From Eledone cirrhosa (taxonomy: Eukaryota), in the NCBI GenBank assembly GCA_964016885.1, contig OZ024741.1, positions 248,620,001-248,684,000 of the forward strand: a DNA stretch of 64,000 nucleotides. Reading direction: 5' to 3'. Under the pieces are notes generated by a model. It worked only from the letters and a program-made list of their open reading frames with translations. It was not told where the DNA came from and ran no database searches. This document shows positions 53,901-64,000 of the stretch, piece by piece. Each line of letters starts with the position of its first letter. The stretch's first letter is position 1. The position numbers and the translations under genes were made by a program.

Positions 53901-54720
53901 GCCGTCCAAGGGGAGGTAATATCTAGCCATCCAAGGGGAGATAATTTCCAGCCGTCCAATGGGAGATAATTTCCAGCCGTCCAAGGGGAGATAATATCCA
54001 GCCGTCCAAGGAGACATATTTTCCAGCCGTCCAAGGAGAGGTAATTTCTAGCCGTCCAAGGGGAGATAAGTTCCAGCCTCCAAGGGGAGAAAATTTCCAG
54101 CCAGCCAAGGGGAGATAATTTGTAAAAAAATCAGGGGGAGATAATTTGTAAAAAAAAAATCAGGGGGAGATAATTTGTAAAAAAATCAGGGGGAGATAAT
54201 TTGTAAAAAAAAAATCAGGGGGAGATAATTTGTAAAAAAAATCAGGGGGAGATAATTTGTAGAAAAAATCAGGGGTAGATAATTTGTAAAAAAAATCAGG
54301 GGGAGATAATTTGTAAAAAAAATCAGGGGGAGATAATTTGTAAAAAAAATCAGGGGTAGATAATTTTCAGCCGTCCAAGGGGAGATAATTTCCATCCTTC
54401 CAAGGGGAGATAATTTCCAGCCGTCCAAGGGGAGATAATTTCCCGCCAGCCAAGGAGAGATAACATTTAAAAAAATCAGGCGGAGATAATTTGTAAAAAA
54501 AATCAGGGGGAGATAATTTGTAAAAAAATCAGGGGGAGATAATTTGTAAAAAAAATCAGTGGTAGATAATTTCCAGCCGTCCAAGGGGAGATAATTTCCA
54601 TCCTTCCAAGGGGAGATAATTTCCAGCCGTCCAAGGGGAGATAATTTCCCGCCAGCCAAGGAGAGATAATATTTAAAAAAATCAGGCGGAGATAATTTGT
54701 AAAAAAAATCAGGCGGAGAT
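35986..54720 (+). repeat. More diverged, rearranged domain of the same satellite
   Basis: The X/Y order breaks down. Different offsets appear (2,562/2,564, 1,714, 4,278, ~10,028, 17,396, 1,051), along with domain-specific variants (GAGAAAATTTCC, GGACAGGT, GAGACAATTT, GTAGATGATT) and many single-copy substitutions. Confidence 0.8.
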
Positions 54721-57700
54721 AATTTGTAAAAAAAAATCAGGGGGAGATAATTTGTAAAAAAAAATCAGGGGGAGATAATTTGTAAAAAAAATCAAGGGGA
54801 GATAATTTCCAGCCGTCCAAGGGGAGATAATTTTCAGCCGTCCAAGGAGAGGTAAATTCTAGCCGTCCAAGGAGATATAATTTCCAGCCGTCCAAGGGGA
54901 GATAATTTCCAGCCGTCCAAGGGGAGATAATTTTAAAAAAAAAATCAGGCGGAGATAATTTGTAAACAAAAATCAGGGGGAGATAATTTTTAAAAAAAAA
55001 TCAGGGGGAGATAATTTGTAAAAAAAAATCAGGGGGAGATAATTTGTAAAAAAAATCAAGGGGAGATAATTTCCAGCCGTCCAAGGGGAGGTAATATCTA
55101 GCCATCCAAGGGGAGATAATTTCCAGCCGTCCAAGGGGAGATAATTTCCAGCCGTCCAAGGGGAGATAATATCCAGCCGTCCAAGGAGACATATTTTCCA
55201 GCCGTCCAAGGAGAGGTAATTTCTAGCCGTCCAAGGGGAGATAAGTTCCAGCCTCCAAGGGGAGATAATTTCCAGCCAGCCAAGGGGAGATAATTTGTAA
55301 AAAAATCAGGGGGGAGATAATTTGTAAAAAAAATCAGGGGGAGATAATTTGAAAAAAAAATCAGGGGGAGATAATTTGTAAAAAATATCAAGGGGAGATA
55401 ATTTCCAGCCCTCCAAGGGGCTATAATTTCCAGCCGTGCAAGGGGAGATAATTTCCAGCCGTCCAAGGGGAGATAATTTCCATCCTTCCAAGGGGAGATA
55501 ATTTCCAGCCGTCCAAGGGGAGATAATTTCCCGCCAGCCAAGGGAAGATAATTTTTTAAAAAATCAGGCGGAGATTGTAAAAAAAATCAGGGGGAGATAA
55601 TTTGTAAAAAAATCAGGGGGAGATAATTTGTAAAAAAAAATCAGGGGGAGATAATTTGTAAAAAAAAATCAGGGGGAGATAATTTGTAAAAAAAATCAGG
55701 GGGAGATAATTTGTAAAAAAAATCAGGGGTAGATAATTTGTAAAAAAAATCAGGGGGAGATAATTTGTAAAAAAAATCAGGGGGAGATAATTTGTAAAAA
55801 AAATCAGGGGTAGATAATTTTCAGCCGTCCAAGGGGAGATAATTTCCATCCTTCCAAGGGGAGATAATTTCCAGCCGTCCAAGGGGAGATAATTTCCCGC
55901 CAGCCAAGGAGAGATAACATTTAAAAAAATCAGGCGGAGATAATTTGTAAAAAAATCAGGGGGAGATAATTTGTAAAAAAAATCAGGGGTAGATAATTTT
56001 CAGCCGTCCAAGGGGAGATAATTTCCATCCTTCCAAGGGGAGATAATTTCCAGCCGTCCAAGGGGAGATAATTTCCCGCCAGCCAAGGAGAGATAACATT
56101 TAAAAAAATCAGGGGGAGATAATTTGTAAAAAAAAATCAGGGGGAGATAATTCGTAAAAAAAAATCAGGGGGAGATAATTTGTAAAAAAAAATCAGGGGT
56201 AGATAATTTGTAAAAAAAAATCAGGGGGAGATAATTTGTAAAAAAAAAATCAGGGGGAGATAATTTGTAAAAAAATCAAGGGGAGATAATTTCCAGCCGT
56301 CCAAGGGGAGATAATTTTCAGCCGTCCAAGGAGAGGTAATTTCTAGCCGTCCAAGGGGAGATAATTTCCAGCCGTCCAAGGGGAGATAATTTTTTTAAAA
56401 AAATCAGGCGGAGATAATTTGTAAACAAAAATCAGGGGGAGATAATTTGTAAAAAAAAATCAGGGGGAGATAGTTTGTAAAAAAAAATCAGGGGGAGATA
56501 ATTTGTAAAAAAAATCAAGGGGAGATAATTTGTAAAAAAAAATCAGGGGTAGATAATTTGTAAAAAAAAATCAGGGGGAAATAATTTGTAAAAAAAAAAT
56601 CAGGGGGAGATAATTTGTAAAAAAATCAAGGGGAGATAATTTCCAGCCGTCCAAGGGGAGATAATTTTCAGCCGTCCAAGGAGAGGTAATTTCTAGCCGT
56701 CCAAGGGGAGATAATTTCCAGCCAGCCAAGGGGAGATAATTTGTAAAAAAATCAGATGTAGATAATTTGTAAAAAAAAATCAGGGGGAGATAATTTGTAA
56801 AAAAAATCAGGGGGAGATAATTTGTAAAAAAAATCAGGGGTAGATAATTTCCAGCCGTCCAAGGGGAGATAATTTCCATCCTTCCAAGGGGAGATAATTT
56901 CCAGCCGTCCAAGGGGAGATAATTTCCCGCCAGCCAAGGAGAGATAATATTTAAAAAAATCAGGCGGAGATAATTTGTAAAAAAAATCAGGGGGAGATAA
57001 TTTGTAAAAAAATCAGGGGGAGATAATTTGTAAAAAAAAATCAGGGGAGATAATTTGTAAAAAAAATCAGGGGGAGATAATTTGTAAAAAAAAATCAGGG
57101 GTAGATAATTTGTAAAAAAAAATCAGGGGGAGATAATTTGTAAAAAAAAAATCAGGGGGAGATAATTTGTAAAAAAATCAAGGGGAGATAATTTCCAGCC
57201 GTCCAAGGGGAGATAATTTTCAGCCGTCCAAGGAGGTAATTTCTAGCCGTCCAAGGGGAGATAATTTCCAGCCGTCCAAGGGGAGATAATTTTTTTTAAA
57301 AAATCAGGCGGAGATAATTTGTAAACAAAAATCAGGGGGAGATAATTTGTAAAAAAAAATCAGGGGAAGATAATTTGTAAAAAAAAATCAGGGGGAGATA
57401 ATTTGTAAAAAAAATCAAGGGGAGATAATTTCCAGCCGTCCAAGGGGAGGTAATATTTAGCCGTCCAAGGGGAGATAATTTCCAGCCGTCCAAGGGGAGA
57501 TAATTTTTTTAAAAAAATCAGGCGGAGATAATTTGTAAACAAAAATCAGGGGGAGATAATTTGTAAAAAAAAATCAGGGGGAGATAATTTGTAAAAGAAA
57601 ATCAGGGGGAGATAATTTGTAAAAAAAATCAAGGGGAGATAATTTCCAGCCAGCCAAGGGGAGATAATTTGTAAAAAAATTAGGGGGAGATAATTTGTAA

Positions 57701-60700
57701 AAAAAAATTAGGGGGAGATAATTTGTAAAAAAAAATCAGGGGTAGATAATTTCCAGCCGTCCAAGGGGAGATAATTTCCATCCTTCCAAGGGGAGATAAT
57801 TTCCAGCCGTCCAAGGGGAGATAATTTCCCGCCAGCCAAGGAGAGATAATATTTAAAAAAATCAGGCGGAGATAATTTGTAAAAAAAATCAGAGGGAGAT
57901 AATTTGTAAAAAAATCAGGGGGAGATAATTTGTAAAAAAAAATCAGGGGGAGATAATTTGTAAAAAAAATCAGGGGGAGATAATTTGTAAAAAAAAATCA
58001 GGGGTAGATAATTTGTAAAAAAAAATCAGGGGGAGATAATTTGTAAAAAAAAATCAGGGGGAGATAATTTGTAAAAAAATCAAGGGGAGATAATTTCCAG
58101 CCGTCCAAGGGGAGATAATTTTCAGCCGTCCAAGGAGAGGTAATTTCTAGCCGTCCAAGGGGAGATAATTTCCAGCCGTCCAAGGGGAGATAATTTTTTT
58201 AAAAAAATCAGGCGGAGATAATTTGTAAACAAAAATCAGGGGGAGATAATTTGTAAAAAAAAATCAGGGGGAGATAATTTGTAAAAAAAAATCAGGGGGA
58301 GATAATTTGTAAAAAAAATCAAGGGGAGATAATTTTCAGCCGTCCAAGGGGAGGTAATATCTAGCCATCCAAGGGGAGATAATTTCCAGCCGTCCAAGGG
58401 GAGATAATTTCCAGCCGTCCAAGGGGAGATAATATTCAGCCGTCCAAGGAGACATATTTTCCAGCCGTCCAAGGAGACGTAATTTCTAGCCGTCCAAGGG
58501 GAGATAAGTTCCAGCCTCCAAGGGGAGATAATTTCCAGCCAGCCAAGGGGAGATAATTTGTAAAAAAATTAGGGGGAGATAATTTGTAAAAAAAAATTAG
58601 GGGGAGATAATTTGTAAAAAAAATCAGGGGGAGATAATTTGTAAAAAAAAATCAGGGGGAGATAATTTGTAAAAAAAATCAAGGGGAGATAATTTCCAGC
58701 CAGCCAAGGGGAGATAATTTGTAAAAAAATTAGGGGGAGATAATTTGTAAAAAAAAATTAGGGGGAGATAATTTGTAAAAAAAAATCAGGGGGAGATAAT
58801 TTGTAAAAAAAAATCAGGGGGAGATAATTTGTAAAAAAAAATCAGGCGGAGATAATTTGTAAAAAAATCAAGGGGAGATAATTTCCAGCCGTCCAAGGGG
58901 AGATAATTTTCAGCCGTCCAAGGAGAGGTAATTTCTAGCCGTCCAAGGGGAGATAATTTCCAGCCGTCCAAGGGGAGATAATTTTTTTAAAAAAATCAGG
59001 CGGAGATAATTTGTAAACAAAAATCAGGGGGAGATAATTTGTAAAAAAAAATCAGGGGGAGATAATTTGTAAAAAAAATCAGGGGGAGATAATTTGTAAA
59101 AAAAATCAAGGGGAGATAATTTGTAAAAAAAAATCAGGGGTAGATAATTTGTAAAAAAAAATCAGGGGGAGATAATTTGTAAAAAAAAATCAGGGGGAGA
59201 TAATTTGTAAAAAAATCAAGGGGAGATAATTTCCAGCCGTCCAAGGGGAGATAATTTTCAGCCGTCCAAGGAGAGGTAATTTCTAGCCGTCCAAGGGGAG
59301 ATAATTTCCAGCCAGCCAAGGGGAGATAATTTGTAAAAAAATCAGGGGTAGATAATTTGTAAAAAAAAATCAGGGGGAGATAATTTGTAAAAAAAATCAG
59401 GGGGAGATAATTTGTAAAAAAAATCAGGGGTACATAATTTCCAGCCGTCCAAGGGGAGATAATTTCCATCCTTCCAAGGGGAGATAATTTCCAGCCGTCC
59501 AAGGGGAGATAATTTCCCGCCAGCCAAGGAGAGATAACATTTAAAAAAATCAGGCGGATATAATTTGTAAAAAAAATCAGGGGGAGATAATTTGTAAAAA
59601 AATCAGGGGGAGATAATTTGTAAAAAAAATCAGGGGTAGATAATTTCCAGCCGTCCAAGGGGAGATAATTTCCATCCTTCCAAGGGGAGATAATTTCCAG
59701 CCGTCCAAGGGGAGATAATTTCCCGCCAGCCAAGGAGAGATAATATTTAAAAAAATCAGGCGGAGATAATTTGTAAAAAAATCAGGAGGAGATAATTTGT
59801 AAAAAAAAATCAGGGGAGATAATTTGTAAAAAAAATCAGGGGGAGATAATTTGTAAAAAAAAATCAGGGGTAGATAATTTGTAAAAAAAATCAGGGGGAG
59901 ATAATTTGTAAAAAAAAAATCAGGGGGAGATAATTTGTAAAAAAATCAAGGGGAGATAATTTCCAGCCGTCCAAGGGGAGATAATTTTCAGCCGTCCAAG
60001 GAGGTAATTTCTAGCCGTCCAAGGGGAGATAATTTCCAGCCGTCCAAGGGGAGATAATTTTTTTTAAAAAATCAGGCGGAGATAATTTGTAAACAAAAAT
60101 CAGGGGGAGATAATTTGTAAAAAAAAATCAGGGGGAGATAATTTGTAAAAAAAAATCAGGGGGAGATAATTTGTAAAAAAAATCAAGGGGAGATAATTTC
60201 CAGCCGTCCAAGGTGAGGTAATATCTAGCCATCCAAGGGGAGATAATTTCGAGCCGTCCAAGGGGAGATAATTTCCAGCCGTCCAAGGGGAGATAATATC
60301 CAGCCGTCCAAGGAGACATATTTTCCAGCCGTCCAAGGAGAGGTAATTTCTAGCCGTCCAAGGGGAGATAAGTTCCAGCCTCCAAGGGGAGATAATTTCC
60401 AGCCAGCCAAGGGGAGATAATTTGTAAAAAAATCAGGGGGAGATAATTTGTAGAAAAAATCAGGGGTAGATAATTTGTAAAAAAAATCAGGGGGAGATAA
60501 TTTGTAAAAAAAATCAGGGGGAGATAATTTGTAAAAAAAATCAGGGGTAGATAATTTTCAGCCGTCCAAGGGGAGATAATTTCCATCCTTCCAAGGGGAG
60601 ATAATTTCCAGCCGTCCAAGGGGAGATAATTTCCCGCCAGCCAAGGAGAGATAACATTTAAAAAAATCAGGCGGAGATAATTTCTAAAAAAAATCAGGGG

Positions 60701-63700
60701 GAGATAATTTGTAAAAAAATCAGGGGGAGATAATTTGTAAAAAAAATCAGGGGTAGATAATTTCCAGCCGTCCAAGGGGAGATAATTTCCATCCTTCCAA
60801 GGGGAGATAATTTCCAGCCGTCCAAGGGGAGATAATTTCCCGCCAGCCAAGGAGAGATAATATTTAAAAAAATCAGGCGGAGATAATTTGTAAAAAAAAT
60901 CAGGGGGAGATAATTTGTAAAAAAATCAGGGGGAGATAATTTGTAAAAAAAAATCAGGGGGAGATAATTTGTAAAAAAAATCAGGGGGAGATAATTTGTA
61001 AAAAAAATCAGGGGTAGATAATTTGTAAAAAAAAATCAGGGGGAGATAATTTGTAAAAAAAAAATCAGGGGGAGATAATTTGTAAAAAAATCAAGGGGAG
61101 ATAATTTCCAGCCGTCCAAGGGGAGATAATTTTCAGCCGTCCAAGGAGGTAATTTCTAGCCGTCCAAGGGGAGATAATTTCCAGCCGTCCAAGGGGAGAT
61201 AATTTTTTTTAAAAAATCAGGCGGAGATAATTTGTAAACAAAAATCAGGGGGAGATAATTTGTAAAAAAAAATCAGGGGGAGATAATTTGTAAAAAAAAA
61301 TCAGGGGGAGATAATTTGTAAAAAAAATCAAGGGGAGATAATTTCCAGCCGTCCAAGGTGAGGTAATATCTAGCCATCCAAGGGGAGATAATTTCCAGCC
61401 GTCCAAGGGGAGATAATTTCCAGCCGTCCAAGGGGAGATAATATCCAGCCGTCCAAGGAGACATATTTTCCAGCCGTCCAAGGAGAGGTAATTTCTAGCC
61501 GTCCAAGGGGAGATAAGTTCCAGCCTCCAAGGGGAGATAATTTCCAGCCAGCCAAGGGGAGATAATTTGTAAAAAAATCAGGGGGAGATAATTTGTAGAA
61601 AAAATCAGGGGTAGATAATTTGTAAAAAAAATCAGGGGGAGATAATTTGTAAAAAAAATCAGGGGGAGATAATTTGTAAAAAAAATCAGGGGTAGATAAT
61701 TTTCAGCCGTCCAAGGGGAGATAATTTCCATCCTTCCAAGGGGAGATAATTTCCAGCCGTCCAAGGGGAGATAATTTCCCGCCAGCCAAGGAGAGATAAC
61801 ATTTAAAAAAATCAGGCGGAGATAATTTCTAAAAAAAATCAGGGGGAGATAATTTGTAAAAAAATCAGGGGGAGATAATTTGTAAAAAAAATCAGGGGTA
61901 GATAATTTCCAGCCGTCCAAGGGGAGATAATTTCCATCCTTCCAAGGGGAGATAATTTCCAGCCGTCCAAGGGGAGATAATTTCCCGCCAGCCAAGGAGA
62001 GATAATATTTAAAAAAATCAGGCGGAGATAATTTGTAAAAAAAATCAGGGGGAGATAATTTGTAAAAAAATCAGGGGGAGATAATTTGTAAAAAAAAATC
62101 AGGGGGAGATAATTTGTAAAAAAAATCAGGGGGAGATAATTTGTAAAAAAAATCAGGGGTAGATAATTTGTAAAAAAAAATCAGGGGGAGATAATTTGTA
62201 AAAAAAAAATCAGGGGGAGATAATTTGTAAAAAAATCAAGGGGAGATAATTTCCAGCCGTCCAAGGGGAGATAATTTTCAGCCGTCCAAGGAGAGGTAAT
62301 TTCTAGCCGTCCAAGGGGAGATAATTTCCAGCCGTCCAAGGGGAGATAATTTTTTTAAAAAAATCAGGCGGAGATAATTTGTAAACAAAAATCAGGGGGA
62401 GATAATTTGTAAAAAAAAATCAGGGGGAGATAATTTGTAAAAAAAATCAAGGGGAGATAATTTCCAGCCGTCCAAGGGGAGGTAATATCTAGCCATCCAA
62501 GGGGAGATAATTTCCAGCCGTCCAAGGGGAGATAATTTCCAGCCGTCCAAGGGGAGATAATATCCAGCCGTCCAAGGAGACATATTTTCCAGCCGTCCAA
62601 GGAGAGGTAATTTCTAGCCGTCCAAGGGGAGATAAGTTCCAGCCTCCAAGGGGAGATAATTTCCCGCCAGCCAAGGAGAGATAACATTTAAAAAAATCAG
62701 GCGGAGATAATTTGTAAAAAAAAATCAGGGGGAGATAATTTGTAAAAAAATCAGGGGGAGATAATTTGTAAAAAAAATCAGGGGTAGATAATTTCCAGCC
62801 GTCCAAGGGGAGATAATTTCCATCCTTCCAAGGGGAGATAATTTCCAGCCGTCCAAGGGGAGATAATTTCCCGCCAGCCAAGGAGAGATAATATTTAAAA
62901 AAATCAGGCGGAGATAATTTGTAAAAAAAATCAGGGGGAGATAATTTGTAAAAAAATCAGGGGGAGATAATTTGTAAAAAAAAATCAGGGGGAGATAATT
63001 TGTAAAAAAAATCAGGGGGAGATAATTTGTAAAAAAAAATCAGGGGTAGATAATTTGTAAAAAAAAATCAGGGGGAGATAATTTGTAAAAAAAAATCAGG
63101 GGGAGATAATTTGTAAAAAAATCAAGGGGAGATAATTTCCAGCCGTCCAAGGGGAGATAATTTTCAGCCGTCCAAGGAGAGGTAATTTCTAGCCGTCCAA
63201 GGGGAGATAATTTCCAGCCGTCCAAGGGGAGATAATTTTTTTAAAAAAATCAGGCGGAGATAATTTGTAAACAAAAATCAGGGGGAGATAATTTGTAAAA
63301 AAAAATCAGGGGGAGATAATTTGTAAAAAAAAATCAGGGGGAGATAATTTGTAAAAAAAATCAAGGGGAGATAATTTCCAGCCGTCCAAGGGGAGGTAAT
63401 ATCTAGCCATCCAAGGGGAGATAATTTCCAGCCGTCCAAGGGGAGATAATTTCCAGCCGTCCAAGGGGAGATAATATCCAGCCGTCCAAGGAGACATATT
63501 TTCCAGCCGTCCAAGGAGACGTAATTTCTAGCCGTCCAAGGGGAGATAAGTTCCAGCCTCCAAGGGGAGATAATTTCCAGCCAGCCAAGGGGAGATAATT
63601 TGTAAAAAATTAGGGGGAGATAATTTGTAAAAAAAAATTAGGGGGAGATAATTTGTAAAAAAAAATCAGGGGGAGATAATTTGTAAAAAAAAATCAGGGG

Positions 63701-64000
63701 GAGATAATTTGTAAAAAAAAATCAGGGGGAGATAATTTGTAAAAAAAATCAAGGGGAGATAATTTCCAGCCGTCCAAGGGGAGATAATTTTCAGCCGTCC
63801 AAGGAGAGGTAAATTCTAGCCGTCCAAGGAGATATAATTTCCAGCCGTCCAAGGGGAGATAATTTCCAGCCGTCCAAGGGGAGATAATTTTTAAAAAAAA
63901 ATCAGGCGGAGATAATTTGTAAACAAAAATCAGGGGGAGATAATTTTTAAAAAAAAATCAGGGGGAGATAATTTGTAAAAAAAAATCAGGGGGAGATAAT
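54721..64000 (+). repeat. Near-exact second copy of ~24,470-33,745 (partial Y, X with 1,145-bp duplication, start of Y)
   Basis: Constant offset of 30,255 (24718->54973, 28879->59134, 33148->63403). Shares the rare TCGA variant (29994 and 60249) and the 1,145-bp duplication. Confidence 0.9.

Larger units (their letters stand above)
1..64000 (+). repeat. Tandem satellite array of two related monomers (25-bp type A and 26-29-bp type B) with higher-order structure; runs off both window ends
   Basis: The core GGGGAGATAATTT (or a close variant) recurs every 23-29 bp from base 1 to 64000. It is followed either by CCAGCCGTCCA (A) or by GT-A7..10-TCA (B). No inversion or non-repeat sequence seen. 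Confidence 0.99.

Noticed and set aside
40-63588. Many minus-strand ORFs of 60-199 aa (LDGWKLSPLGRLEIISPWTAGNYLP and LIFFTNYLP repeats)
   Set aside because: The reverse complement of monomer A has no stop codon in any frame and B has a stop in only one, so ORFs arise automatically. Most start at TTG, they overlap in several frames, and variable A-tract lengths shift frame constantly.
1-64000. CRISPR-like pattern of a constant core with variable intervening sequence
   Set aside because: The core is only 13 bp, the intervening parts are 11-16 bp and fall into two repeated classes rather than unique spacers, and there is no leader or cas gene.
1-64000. Embedded transposon, inversion or unique island
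   Set aside because: None seen on reading through. The reverse-complement core AAATTATCTCCCC was not observed on the + strand, and the ORF track shows only repeat-derived peptides.

Overview
The whole 64 kb window is one uninterrupted, head-to-tail tandem satellite array of roughly 2,400 monomers (estimated from length), all in the same orientation. I see no credible genes, RNA genes, transposons or unique sequence. Two monomer classes share a 13-bp core, GGGGAGATAATTT: type A (25 bp, AGGGGAGATAATTTCCAGCCGTCCA) and type B (26-29 bp, GGGGGAGATAATTTGT-A7..10-TCA). Runs of A and runs of B alternate in a few stereotyped blocks with fixed entry and exit monomers. These blocks build nested higher-order repeats: unit X (~3,897 bp) and unit Y (~3,915 bp), X+Y (~7.8 kb), an ~18.6 kb super-repeat, and a 9 kb segment repeated 30,255 bp away. 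There are also local in-register duplications (550, 1,145, 1,051, 1,714 bp) and a more diverged, reshuffled domain at ~36.0-54.7 kb. This is most likely eukaryotic centromeric, pericentromeric or other heterochromatic DNA; I cannot assign the organism or a named family. All listed ORFs are by-products of the repeat. Offsets come from the ORF track and hand-read variants, not from an alignment, so unit boundaries are approximate.
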